64,000 nt of DNA, from positions 71,474 to 135,473 of the forward strand of contig JBCNUU010000005.1 of the NCBI GenBank assembly GCA_039630545.1, written 5' to 3'. The translations under genes were made by a program, and so were the position numbers. The stretch comes from Endomicrobiia bacterium. Its GTDB lineage: Bacteria; Elusimicrobiota; Endomicrobiia; DTEH01. Of this stretch, positions 40,301 to 51,625 are shown piece after piece. Below the pieces are notes generated by a model that worked only from the letters and a program-made list of their open reading frames with translations, had not been told where the DNA came from and searched no databases. Positions within the stretch are counted from its first letter, which is position 1, and every line of letters starts with the position of its first letter.

Positions 40301-40980
40301 TCTTCTTTTAGTTTTTTAATATAATCAAGCACTTTTTGTGTTATGTCAATCTGTGGTTCACCGTAAAGAATTCCGGATTTTTCTATTACAAGGTTAAGTT
40401 TTTCCTGTTGAGATATTTTTTGAATAATTTTATACAACTCCGTATATATTTCAACCTCATATTTATATTTTTTTTCTTCAACATCTTTTTCTATTTTTTC
40501 TTTTTCATTTTTTATTTTTTCTTTTTTTTCATTTATTGAAAGGTCAATCTGGTCTAAATTTTTCTGTTTTTTTGTTATTTCTTCTTTTATCTGTTGAATT
40601 TTAGTTAACTTTTCATCTGAGATAGAACTAAAAGTAGAAAATTGCAATGGCTGTAAAGCAGAAGTTGAAATTTGTAATTCTTGTTCTATTTGCTTTAGTT
40701 GATGTTTAAGTTGGTCTATTTCTGTATTAAGATTCAGTTTTTGTCTTAAAAGTTCTTCTAGTTCTTTTTCTGTAGGTGTTAGTTCTGAGAGTTTATTTTG
40801 TTTAAATAATTCAATTTCTTGTTGGGCTTTTTGAGCTTTGGGAAATTCTGAAATTACTTTGTTTATATCTACCACTCCTACTCTTAATACTGATGCATCA
40901 TTTGTTTGAAGTTCTATTTCCCAACTTTTGTTAAAACCAAAAAACAGACAAATAAATAATAATATTTTTTTTATCTTCAT
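40297..40980 (-). CDS. skp: OmpH/Skp periplasmic chaperone (extended coiled coil)
   Basis: VGVVDINKV start, long coiled coil, LNLVIEK..ILYG..DITQKVL end; follows bamA. Confidence 0.82.
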   Translation of the reverse strand: MKIKKILLFICLFFGFNKSWEIELQTNDASVLRVGVVDINKVISEFPKAQKAQQEIELFKQNKLSELTPTEKELEELLRQKLNLNTEIDQLKHQLKQIEQELQISTSALQPLQFSTFSSISDEKLTKIQQIKEEITKKQKNLDQIDLSINEKKEKIKNEKEKIEKDVEEKKYKYEVEIYTELYKIIQKISQQEKLNLVIEKSGILYGEPQIDITQKVLDYIKKLKEE

Positions 40981-40983
40981 TTT

Positions 40984-43248
40984 TTAAAATATCTGACCTA
41001 AAGTAAACCAAAATTGAAGTGGATCTTTGCCTTTTTGAGGGTTTAATGCCCATGACCAGTCTAACCTGATAGGAAAAACAGGTGTAGTAAATCTTATACC
41101 AATTCCTATAGAATGTTTTAATTTGTTATCCCATATTCCTTCGTCTTCCCATTTTTGTGTAGCACCTATATTAAGATCAATTTCTTCAAGTTCATTCCAC
41201 GCTCCACCAACATCATAAAACAAAGCTCCTTGTAATACGGTTCTGTTGTTCTCCTGCACTATTGGAAATTTATATTCCAAATTAAAAACACCCATAAACC
41301 TTCCACCATTTTCTGGTGCAAGTGTTCTATAACCATATCCTCTTACTGTCTCTGCTCCACCAACATAGAACTTTTCATATTTTACATTGTCTAAATTGAA
41401 GTTATCTATGCCTTCTATATAACCCAGAGTTAAATTAAAAGATAAAACAAATTTCCAGAAAGTTGGAATAAACAAAGAAGAGCGAAAAATTGGTTTATAG
41501 AATTTCACATCTCCGGATAATGGTCCCCAACCAGCTATTTGTATTAAAAGAGACTGTCTTGTTCCTTTTGCAGGATCAAATATATTGTCTCTTGTATCAT
41601 ATATAACTTGTGAAGCAAAGCTTGAAGTTAATTTTTTACCTTCTGGTATTTCTTGTGGAAATTTACTATCAAATATGATAACATTTTCATAAGAATAAGA
41701 AAATAAAAGAGCAAAAGTATCAGATATTCTTGGTCCTATTTTAAACTCCAAACCTTGTCTTTCTTCTTTGTAAGCATTTATCTCCTGTGCGTATTCTCTT
41801 AAACGAGTTAGATCATATAAAGATATTCCAAAAGACATTGGTTTTTTTAAAAACCATGGTTCTGTCCAGGAAATTTCGTAGTTTTTTCTTCTTTCTCCGA
41901 ACTCCCATAATAGATTTAATCTCTGAGCTCTTCCAAATAAGTTAAGATGTGATACTTGAAGATTACCAACTAATTTATCAACAGTAGAATATCCAGCACC
42001 CGCTGATAACATTCCTGGTCTTCCCTCTGTTATTGTCAGGACTAAGTCTACACTATTTAATGTGCTGCCTGGTTGAAGGTCTATTTTAATATCATCTATA
42101 AAACCTAAATTGTAAATTTTTTCTATACTTCTTCTAAGTTTTTTACTGTTAAAAATATCCCCTTCTTTTAATATAATTTCTCGTTTTATAACCTCCTCTT
42201 TAGTAGACGAAAGACCTTCTATCCATATTTTATCTACATAGAATTGTTCTCCCTCTTCAATTTTAAATTTCAAAGTAATAGACAAATTAGAGGGATTTTT
42301 AATAATTTCTGGTGTAACAGTTATTTTTAAAAAACCTTTCTCTCCATATAACTCTGAAATACTCTGGATGGAGTTATCCAGTGCTGATTGGTTATAGTAG
42401 TCATTTGTTTTAATTTTTATTACTTTTAAAATTTGTTTATCAGTGTAAACCTTGTTGCCTTCAAAGAAAATTTTATTTATTTTGTATTTAGCACCTTCAT
42501 ATATAGTTAAAGTAATATTAACTTTTTGTTGCTCTTCATTAAACACTATAGTAGTGGTAGATATGTTTATATCGTAAAACCCAAGGTCTTTATAATGTTG
42601 TTGAATCTTTTTAATATCTTCATTTAGTTTAGATTCCTTAAAAGGTTTTTTCTTTTTAGTTTCCATTAAAGATAAAATTTTTCTTTTAGATACATGTTTG
42701 TTGCCAATAAGTTCTACTTTTTCTACGGTTACTTTTTTGCCTTCATTAATGAGAAAAATAATAGTCATTTGATTTAAGTCTATATTTATAATTTCTTCTG
42801 TTTTTATAGTTGTATACGCAAACCCTTTTTCATCATAAAGTTGTAAAATTTTGTCTTTACTTTCCTGGAGTTTTGAGTCAATAAAATAAGATTTTTCTTT
42901 TAAAGGTATTTCTTCTTTAATTTTTCCAGTTGAAATTTTTGTGTTTCCTCTTATTTCTATTTTTTTAATATAAGGTCTTTCATAAAATTTAAAGGTGAGT
43001 TTTTTAGTAGAGGTATCAAAGTTTACTTCTACATTATCAAAATATTCCGTTGCAAGAAGTTCTTTTACATCCTCTGATATGTTTTCTGTTGAAAAAAAAC
43101 TTCCTTTTTTTGTTTTTATTTTTGTTTTTATTTCTGATTCTTTGACATTTTTTAGTCCAATGAATTCAACTTCTAAAATTTTCTGCGAAGATAATAAGAT
43201 TCTAACTCCTAATAGTAAAAAAATTATTATAAAAAACTTTTTCTTCAT
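40984..43248 (-). CDS. bamA: Outer membrane protein assembly factor BamA
   Basis: POTRA repeats, NLFGRAQ, GGAETVRGY, C-terminal FTLGQIF. Confidence 0.96.
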   Translation of the reverse strand: MKKKFFIIIFLLLGVRILLSSQKILEVEFIGLKNVKESEIKTKIKTKKGSFFSTENISEDVKELLATEYFDNVEVNFDTSTKKLTFKFYERPYIKKIEIRGNTKISTGKIKEEIPLKEKSYFIDSKLQESKDKILQLYDEKGFAYTTIKTEEIINIDLNQMTIIFLINEGKKVTVEKVELIGNKHVSKRKILSLMETKKKKPFKESKLNEDIKKIQQHYKDLGFYDINISTTTIVFNEEQQKVNITLTIYEGAKYKINKIFFEGNKVYTDKQILKVIKIKTNDYYNQSALDNSIQSISELYGEKGFLKITVTPEIIKNPSNLSITLKFKIEEGEQFYVDKIWIEGLSSTKEEVIKREIILKEGDIFNSKKLRRSIEKIYNLGFIDDIKIDLQPGSTLNSVDLVLTITEGRPGMLSAGAGYSTVDKLVGNLQVSHLNLFGRAQRLNLLWEFGERRKNYEISWTEPWFLKKPMSFGISLYDLTRLREYAQEINAYKEERQGLEFKIGPRISDTFALLFSYSYENVIIFDSKFPQEIPEGKKLTSSFASQVIYDTRDNIFDPAKGTRQSLLIQIAGWGPLSGDVKFYKPIFRSSLFIPTFWKFVLSFNLTLGYIEGIDNFNLDNVKYEKFYVGGAETVRGYGYRTLAPENGGRFMGVFNLEYKFPIVQENNRTVLQGALFYDVGGAWNELEEIDLNIGATQKWEDEGIWDNKLKHSIGIGIRFTTPVFPIRLDWSWALNPQKGKDPLQFWFTLGQIF

Positions 43249-43358
43249 TGTTTTTTAAATTTTTTATTTTAAAAAATTAAACTTTTACCAATATACAAAA
43301 TTTTTAGAAAAAAATAAATATGAAAGAAGAAGATTAGAAAGGGCTTATAATTTTTTTC

Positions 43359-43431
43359 TGGGCGCGGAGGGATTCGAACCCCCGACCAACGGATTATGAG
43401 TCCGCCGCTCTGCCAGCTGAGCTACGCGCCC
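43359..43431 (-). tRNA. tRNA with CAT anticodon, probably tRNA-Ile2 (lysidine); elongator Met not excluded
   Basis: GGGCGCG/CGCGCCC acceptor stem, anticodon arm GCGGA-CTCATAA-TCCGT, GTTCGAATC; paired 1:72 so not initiator; CCA not encoded. Confidence 0.9.
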
Positions 43432-43513
43432 TTTTTCCTTTTTGAGGAAAAAATTAAATAAAATATTTTAAAAAAAATCAATAATTATAAAAAAAAGTTT
43501 TTAAAATTTATTT

Positions 43514-44920
43514 TTATTCTTTAGTTCTAATTGTTTTTTTCCACTCTATGTTATTGCCTAAAAATGAAATCAAAAATCCATAAGTATAAGGTAAGGTGCC
43601 AAGAGCTGCAGCGATGGGCATTAATAAAAAAGTAAGATACTCTAAAATAAATTTATATTTTTTCTCACCATTTTCGATAATATAAATTTTTTTCACAGTA
43701 TAGTTAAAATAATATATTAAAAAACCCATGTAGCTTATATTCATTATAAAAAGCAATATCCTTGTGTAGGAAGGTAAAAATTCAAAAAAATGTGATAAGC
43801 CAGATAAAGAAAGAATTAGCATTCCAACTGTTGTAATTGCTAAAATTTGTGCTGCAAACCAAGGAAGAATTCCATAAAATATTAACATAAGAGAGATGAG
43901 AAATCTTTTTTTAATGAAAGTTTTCTTAAGCAACATTTCTTTAAGAACCTGAATATATCCAGAAGCCCATCTTGTTCTCTGATGAAAAAATGCTTTATAA
44001 GTAGGAGGTGTTTGTTCTGTTGTAATATATGGCATAAATTCTGGCCAGGTATCTGTTTCTACAAATAGTCTGCAGCCTAATTCTAAATCTTCAGAAAGAG
44101 CATTTTTGTTAAACCCTCTTACTTTGTATAGTAAATGTGGTTCAATAAAGAAATTAGTCCCACCAATGAAGGGTAAATATACTAGTAAAGCTGGTAGATA
44201 CCACTCATGAGTAATTGCCTGGGCTATAGCGTAGATTTTGTTAAAGACTCCTAAATGAGCATAATTTCTTACCTGAACCACAGGACCCTGCAAAAGAAGG
44301 TGTGTATCAGGTTTTTTTGTTAAATATTTGTAAGCTACATAAAGCAATACATCTTTTTCAGGAGCAGCATCAGCATCATAAAAACCTACAATATCTGTAA
44401 AGTTTGGTATAAAATTAAGTCCCCAATTCAAAGCTCTTGGTTTTGTTGAGTTTGTTGGAGTAGATAATATTTTGCCTTTATATTCACCATCATATCCAAT
44501 TGGTATTGAAACATAGCTGATTATTTCTCTTTTGTAAAGATCATTGTAATATTTTTGTTTGAGTTGTACAATAAAATGAGTAGTTTGGTCAAATGGTTTT
44601 GTAAGAAGTTCTTTGTCATCCAAAATTATAATTATATTTAATTTTTCTTTAGGATAATTCAATGATATAAATCGGTCAATTGTAGTTCCAATTATTTCTT
44701 GTTCATCTTTAGCAGGTATTATAATAGTTATATGTGGTAAAGCTTTGTTAAGGATACTGGCTAAATTTTTTAATTTGTCTAGGGTAAGATTAAATTTTTT
44801 TTTCTGCCGGAAGTAATATAGATACGAGAATATACCATATACTATAACTTGAAAAAAGAAAAAAATTATTATTCCATTAGCTACAAGCAAAATTTTTACG
44901 AATATATTTACCAAATCCAT
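43514..44920 (-). CDS. GT2 membrane glycosyltransferase (cellulose-synthase-like motifs)
   Basis: TKPRALN, YDAD, SEDLELG, QRTRW (QxxRW), N- and C-terminal TMs. Confidence 0.9.
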   Translation of the reverse strand: MDLVNIFVKILLVANGIIIFFFFQVIVYGIFSYLYYFRQKKKFNLTLDKLKNLASILNKALPHITIIIPAKDEQEIIGTTIDRFISLNYPKEKLNIIIILDDKELLTKPFDQTTHFIVQLKQKYYNDLYKREIISYVSIPIGYDGEYKGKILSTPTNSTKPRALNWGLNFIPNFTDIVGFYDADAAPEKDVLLYVAYKYLTKKPDTHLLLQGPVVQVRNYAHLGVFNKIYAIAQAITHEWYLPALLVYLPFIGGTNFFIEPHLLYKVRGFNKNALSEDLELGCRLFVETDTWPEFMPYITTEQTPPTYKAFFHQRTRWASGYIQVLKEMLLKKTFIKKRFLISLMLIFYGILPWFAAQILAITTVGMLILSLSGLSHFFEFLPSYTRILLFIMNISYMGFLIYYFNYTVKKIYIIENGEKKYKFILEYLTFLLMPIAAALGTLPYTYGFLISFLGNNIEWKKTIRTKE

Positions 44921-44932
44921 AAAAACAATAAA

Positions 44933-45296
44933 TGGAGGTGGCGGGAATCGAACCCGCGTCCAGAAAGCGAAATAACTCTGCTCTACAAGTTTAGTCTATT
45001 TTTTGGATAAATAGACAAACCTGGTATGTAGTTTTTCGGTATTAACCGGCATACCAACCAGTTAATACCTAGTTTCCATTGAGTTTCTTCCACATAGCTG
45101 GAAACTACTATGTGGAAAAAGCCTGTATCCTTCATCCCGCAAATACAGGCATTTTTGCGGGATATAGCTGCTTAATTATGCAGCGTATGCATAAGTGTTT
45201 GCACTTATATTTAGCCGATTTTTATAGTGGCCCTTCGGCTAACCACTACTTGCGCAGAAGTTATTTCTTGCTTTCTGTCGAGCCCAAATCACCCCC
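44933..45296 (-). ncRNA. ssrA: tmRNA, tag peptide (A)ANTYAYAA
   Basis: 5' GGGGGTGA..GGCTCGAC, 3' GACGCGGGTTCGATTCCCGCCACCTCCA; G3.U wobble in acceptor stem; P2 complementarity; tag ORF 45202-45176 after ATAAGT. Confidence 0.96.
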
Positions 45297-45762
45297 CCTT
45301 TTTTCTTAATTTTTTAAAAAACTTTTTTAATAAATTTTGTGATTTTTCTTTGCAAAGTCCTGTATAAGTTTCTACTTGGTGATTTAATTTTTTATTATTT
45401 ACAATATTTAAAACACTTTTGCAACATCCAGATTTAGGATCTTCTGTTGCATAAAATAATTTTTTTATTCTTGCATAAACTATAGCACCAGCACACATAG
45501 CACACGGTTCTAAAGTAACATAAAGTTCACACTCATTTAATCTATAGTTATCTAATATTTTAGATGCCTTTTTTATAGCTAAAATTTCAGCATGTGCAGT
45601 TGGATCTCTTAAACTGATGTTTAGGTTATGCGCTCTGGAAATTATTTTGTTGTTTAAAACTATTACAGCGCCAACCGGAACTTCATTTTTTTTATAGGCT
45701 TTTTTTGCTTCTTTAAGAGCTTCTAACATAAAGACTTTTTGTAGTTTGGTGTAATTACTCAT
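45289..45762 (-). CDS. tadA: tRNA adenosine(34) deaminase
   Basis: EVPVGAV, PTAHAEI, YVTLEPCAMCAGAI, DPKSG, FFKKLR; stop TGA overlaps ssrA. Confidence 0.95.
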   Translation of the reverse strand: MSNYTKLQKVFMLEALKEAKKAYKKNEVPVGAVIVLNNKIISRAHNLNISLRDPTAHAEILAIKKASKILDNYRLNECELYVTLEPCAMCAGAIVYARIKKLFYATEDPKSGCCKSVLNIVNNKKLNHQVETYTGLCKEKSQNLLKKFFKKLRKKGG

Positions 45763-46420
45763 AGAATATTTTTCCATCTTTTAAACTAATTACTTTATCA
45801 CCATACTTGATTAAGGAAAGGTTATGAGTAGCTATTACGAAAGAAATATTATATAAATTTCTAAGTTCTTTTATTAGGGATATTACAATTTTTGCATTTT
45901 CTTGATCTAGATTGCCTGTAGGTTCATCTGCTATTACTAACTTAGGTCTGTTTGCTAAAGCCCTTGCTAAAGAAGCTCTTTGTTGTTCTCCTCCAGAAAT
46001 TTCGTATGGATATCTGTTTAATATATGTTCTATACCTAAGATCTTTATACACTCTTTTATATACTCATCTAATTCTAAAATAATTTTTTTATTTTTTGCC
46101 CAAATAGGCAAAAGTATGTTTTCTTTTATAGTTAAATTTTCAATCAAATAATGGTACTGAAACATAAATCCTATATTGTAAAGCCTTATTTTTTCCAGAT
46201 TGTTGTGATTTTGCTCAGACAGTTTTAAAATTACTTCTCCTTTTGTAGGTTTGTCCATAAGTCCTATTATATGCAACAAAGTAGACTTTCCTACTCCGGA
46301 TGGTCCACAAACAAATAGTATAGTATTTTTAAGAATACTTAAAGATACATCTTCTAATACCCAGTGAGTAGAGTCTTTGTATTTCTTATAAATATTTTTT
46401 AATATAACTAATTCATCCAT
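45755..46420 (-). CDS. lolD: Lipoprotein-releasing ABC ATPase LolD-like
   Basis: GPSGVGKST, SGGEQQR, ADEPTGNLD; follows lolC/E. Confidence 0.85.
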   Translation of the reverse strand: MDELVILKNIYKKYKDSTHWVLEDVSLSILKNTILFVCGPSGVGKSTLLHIIGLMDKPTKGEVILKLSEQNHNNLEKIRLYNIGFMFQYHYLIENLTIKENILLPIWAKNKKIILELDEYIKECIKILGIEHILNRYPYEISGGEQQRASLARALANRPKLVIADEPTGNLDQENAKIVISLIKELRNLYNISFVIATHNLSLIKYGDKVISLKDGKIFYE

Positions 46421-47624
46421 ATCTTATAATTTCCACAGGATCGAACTGTGAAATTTTATATGCAGGATAAATTGATGCTAAAATACCTACTACTATAGCT
46501 ATAAATAAGGTTAAAATAATATCAGGAATTGAAAAATATACAGGGATTTTATCTATGTAGTAAACTTCTTTAGGAAGTTTTACGAATTGATATTGTTTTA
46601 TTAAAATTCCTAAAATAAATCCTAGTATACATCCTAGAAAAATTCCTGACAGGTTTATTATCATTCCCTGCGTAAAGAATATCTTTTTTATGTCTTTTTT
46701 GTCTATCCCGATAGCCATAAGTATTCCTATGTCTTTACTTTTTTGTATTCCTTTAAGCAATAAATTGTTCATGATTATAAAACATGCAACAACAATAACT
46801 AAACTTACTATGATTATCATCATAATTTTTTCAAGTTTTAACGCTGTAAATAAATTATAATTCATTTCAATCCAAGAAATTACTTTATAGAAAGGACCAA
46901 AATCTTTTCTTAAGAGTTCAGTTATTTCTTCTAAATTATTTTCGTGTTTTATTTTTATACCAACTCCAATTACTCCATTAAATTGATTTGTGGTTTCATC
47001 ATAGAATATTTCTTTTGCTTTATTGTAATCTATTAAGCATAAGTTGTTATCGTACTCAAAAATACCAGAACTCAAAATACCTTTTACTATAAATTTTTCT
47101 GTTAAAGGAAGTATTCCAAAAGGAGTTTTAATCTGTGTCGGTAATATCATTACTATTTCATCACCACTTTGTGCCTGAAGATTTTTGGCTAACTCTTTGC
47201 CTAGAATTATATAATTTTTTTCTAATAAAAAAGGATCTGTTTCTAATTTTATTATTTTTTCTAAGTTTACTATGCGTTTTTCATTTTCATAATCTATACC
47301 TTTTACTACACTGCTTATTACTTTGTCATTTAACTTTAAAATTGCCTGACTATAAATGAAAGGAGAAAAATTTTGAATGTATTTGTTAGCTTTTAAAAAC
47401 TCTATTGGAATGTTAATTTTAGAGGTAACTATAATATGTGGATAAAGAGAAGTTAATCTGTTTTTAATTTCTCTGTGAAAACCACTCATAACAGAAAGTG
47501 TCACGATTAAAGTACATACTCCTATGGCTATCCCACTTATAGAGATAAATAAAGATAAATAAGAGAAAAATTTGTCTTTTTGAGGCTTTAAATATCTAAG
47601 TGCAAGAAAAACAACAAATTTCAT
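46413..47624 (-). CDS. lolC: Lipoprotein-releasing ABC permease LolC/E
   Basis: GIAIGV..LSVMSGF, LFTALKLEK, EVYYID, SIYPA. Confidence 0.9.
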   Translation of the reverse strand: MKFVVFLALRYLKPQKDKFFSYLSLFISISGIAIGVCTLIVTLSVMSGFHREIKNRLTSLYPHIIVTSKINIPIEFLKANKYIQNFSPFIYSQAILKLNDKVISSVVKGIDYENEKRIVNLEKIIKLETDPFLLEKNYIILGKELAKNLQAQSGDEIVMILPTQIKTPFGILPLTEKFIVKGILSSGIFEYDNNLCLIDYNKAKEIFYDETTNQFNGVIGVGIKIKHENNLEEITELLRKDFGPFYKVISWIEMNYNLFTALKLEKIMMIIIVSLVIVVACFIIMNNLLLKGIQKSKDIGILMAIGIDKKDIKKIFFTQGMIINLSGIFLGCILGFILGILIKQYQFVKLPKEVYYIDKIPVYFSIPDIILTLFIAIVVGILASIYPAYKISQFDPVEIIRYG

Positions 47625-49129
47625 TTTATAGATCTAAGTAGTGGAAATAAAATTACTTCTCTTATAGAATCAGTGTTTGTTAAAATCATACACAACCTAT
47701 CGATACCTATTCCTAATCCTCCTGTAGGAGGCATACCATATTCCAAAGCAGTAATGAATTCTAAATTTAAGGCCATTTTTTCTTCTTCTGTAGTTTGTTG
47801 TAAAAATCTTTCGTATTGTTCAATGGGATCGTTAAGCTCACTGTAAGCATTTGCTATTTCTTTTGTTGCTACATAAAACTCAAATCTTTCTGTCATATTT
47901 TTATTGTAAAAACTATATTTTGCTAATGGAGATAATTCTTTTGGATAATCTACTACGAATGTTGGTTGAATGAGGTTAGATTGAATATATTTTTCAAATA
48001 CGTTATCTACTAAGGTTTTTTTGGGTTTTTTAATTTTTTTGCCATCAGGCAAAGATTCGTATATTTCTATTCCTAATTTTTCATAAGTTTCGTCAGAAAT
48101 TTTGTCTTCTATAAAATCTTTTAGAGGTATTTTTACATATCTATCAAAAAGATCCTCAAGAGAAAATTTTTGAAAATTATTAATTTGGATTACATATCTG
48201 TTATCCCCATCGCAATACTCTAGTTTGTCTTTACAATCTACTGCCTCACAGCATTTTAAAAAAATTTCTTTTGTCAATTCCATCATATCGTTGTAATCTG
48301 CGTATGCTTGATATATTTCTACCATTGTAAATTCTGGATTATGGTATCTATCTATACCTTCGTTTCTGAAAGACTTACCTAACTCATATATTTTTTCCAT
48401 TCCACCAACTATTAACATTTTTAAGTATAACTCAGGAGCAATTCTTAAATAAAATTCTTCTCCTAAAGCATTATGATATGTTTTAAATGGACGAGCAACA
48501 GCTCCACCTGGAAGATGTTGAATAATAGGAGTTTCTACTTCTAAGAATCCCTTTTCGTTTAAAATTTTTCTTATAGTATTTATTATTTTACTTCTTTTTA
48601 TAAAAATCTCTTTTACATTTAAATTTGTTATTATGTCTAGATATCTTTGTCTATACCTGGTTTCATGATCTTTGAGTCCATGCCATTTTTCTGGAAGAGG
48701 TCTTAGAGATTTACAAAGAAGAACAAAGTCTGTTACATTTATAGTAAGTTCTCCAGTTTTAGTTTTAAATATGTTTCCTTCTACTCCTATTATATCCCCT
48801 ATATCTATAAGTTCAACAAAAAACTCAAATTTTTCTTTTAATACATCTTTTCGTAAATATATTTGAATTTTTCCCGTAAAATCCTGAATAGTACAAAATA
48901 TACTTTTACCCATTTCCCTTCTTAAAATTATTCTACCTTTAGTTATTACAGATTTTTCTTCTACAACTTCTCCAATAGAAATATTTTTAAACTGATTTAT
49001 TAGTTCTAATATGTCGGAGGTATATTTAAAATGATTTGGGTAAGGATTTATTCCTTTTTCTAAAATTTTTTTAAGTTTTTCTTTTCTTATTTCTACTATT
49101 TGTTGTATGGGTTGAACTTTTTCATTCAT
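47621..49129 (-). CDS. lysS: Lysine--tRNA ligase (class II)
   Basis: PLPEKWHGL, RYRQRYLD, LRIAPELYLK, RNEG, YGMPPTGGLGIGIDR; start at MNEK. Confidence 0.97.
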   Translation of the reverse strand: MNEKVQPIQQIVEIRKEKLKKILEKGINPYPNHFKYTSDILELINQFKNISIGEVVEEKSVITKGRIILRREMGKSIFCTIQDFTGKIQIYLRKDVLKEKFEFFVELIDIGDIIGVEGNIFKTKTGELTINVTDFVLLCKSLRPLPEKWHGLKDHETRYRQRYLDIITNLNVKEIFIKRSKIINTIRKILNEKGFLEVETPIIQHLPGGAVARPFKTYHNALGEEFYLRIAPELYLKMLIVGGMEKIYELGKSFRNEGIDRYHNPEFTMVEIYQAYADYNDMMELTKEIFLKCCEAVDCKDKLEYCDGDNRYVIQINNFQKFSLEDLFDRYVKIPLKDFIEDKISDETYEKLGIEIYESLPDGKKIKKPKKTLVDNVFEKYIQSNLIQPTFVVDYPKELSPLAKYSFYNKNMTERFEFYVATKEIANAYSELNDPIEQYERFLQQTTEEEKMALNLEFITALEYGMPPTGGLGIGIDRLCMILTNTDSIREVILFPLLRSIK

Positions 49130-49134
49130 AGTTT

Positions 49135-50403
<1,269 letters not shown>

Positions 50404-50421
50404 TTAGTTTTTTTCTCCTCT

Positions 50422-51603
50422 TTATATTTTTTTTGCGTATTTTTGTAATTCTTCAGCCATATCTGTTTTTTCCCAGGTGAAGTCTTTATCTTCTCTTCCA
50501 AAATGTCCATAAACTGAGGTTTTTTTATATATTGGTCTTAAAAGTTTTAGATGTTCTATTATTCCTTTAGGAGATAAAGGAAAAATTTTTCTTATTAATT
50601 TTTCTAATTTGTCATCGGAAATTTTGCCGGTTCCAAAAGTGTTTACCATTAATGAAACCGGTTCTGTTAAACCTATACAGTAAGAAAGTTGAATCAAACA
50701 TTCCTCCGCTAAACCTGCTGCAACTATATTTTTTGCGATATATCTTGCCATATAAGAAGCTGATCTGTCTACTTTGGTTGGATCTTTCCCTGAAAAAGCA
50801 CCTCCTCCATGAACTACCCATCCACCATAAGTGTCTACTATTATTTTTCTTCCAGTCATTCCAGTATCTGATTGAGGACCACCTATTACAAATTTGCCTG
50901 TTCCATTTATTGTAATTTTTGTTTTTTTATCATAAAATTCTCCCAAAACAGGTATTATTACTTTTTTTATTATTTCTTCTTTTGCGTCTTCCCTCATATA
51001 TTTTTTATCTTTTGTAAGAACTTCCTCAGTATGTTGAGCTGCAATTACTACATAGTCAACTCTTACTGGCTTACCATCACGATATTCAACAGTTACTTGA
51101 GACTTCCCATCAGGACCAAGAAATGGCAAGATTTTCTTTTTTCTTACTTCTGCTAACTTCATTACTAATCTATGAGCTAAAATTATAGGAAGTGGCATAT
51201 ACTCTTTAGTTTGAATTGTAGCATATCCAAACATTGAACCTTGATCCCCAGCACCTATTTCTTTGCCTAAATTTACACCTTGTGCTATATCCGGAGATTG
51301 TGAGTGAATAGCATTAAGTATAGATATTGTTTTATAATCAAAACCATACGCAGGCGAGGTATATCCTATCTCTTTTACTATATCGCGTACTAATTTATGA
51401 ATATCAACATAACCTTTTGTTGTAATTTCTCCACCTACTATCACCAGACCCATACTTACAAATGTTTCACATGCTACCCGTGAGTTAAGATCTTGTTTTA
51501 AACACTCATCAAGCACAGCATCTGAAATTTGATCGCAAACTTTGTCTGGATGACCTTCTGCAACTGATTCAGATGTAAAAAACATGTTTTTAGGATAATT
51601 CAT
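50422..51603 (-). CDS. metK: S-adenosylmethionine synthetase
   Basis: [34 protein letters not shown]; start at ATG 51603 after AAAGGAGG. Confidence 0.97.
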   Translation of the reverse strand: MNYPKNMFFTSESVAEGHPDKVCDQISDAVLDECLKQDLNSRVACETFVSMGLVIVGGEITTKGYVDIHKLVRDIVKEIGYTSPAYGFDYKTISILNAIHSQSPDIAQGVNLGKEIGAGDQGSMFGYATIQTKEYMPLPIILAHRLVMKLAEVRKKKILPFLGPDGKSQVTVEYRDGKPVRVDYVVIAAQHTEEVLTKDKKYMREDAKEEIIKKVIIPVLGEFYDKKTKITINGTGKFVIGGPQSDTGMTGRKIIVDTYGGWVVHGGGAFSGKDPTKVDRSASYMARYIAKNIVAAGLAEECLIQLSYCIGLTEPVSLMVNTFGTGKISDDKLEKLIRKIFPLSPKGIIEHLKLLRPIYKKTSVYGHFGREDKDFTWEKTDMAEELQKYAKKI

Positions 51604-51625
51604 CTTGTATTTTTTTTTCCTCCTT

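Noticed and set aside
43432..44945. Genomic island integrated at ssrA or the tRNA
   Set aside because: No duplicated 3' end, no integrase and no obvious compositional shift
45079..45309. 76-aa plus-strand ORF
   Set aside because: It lies antisense to tmRNA, which explains the sequence
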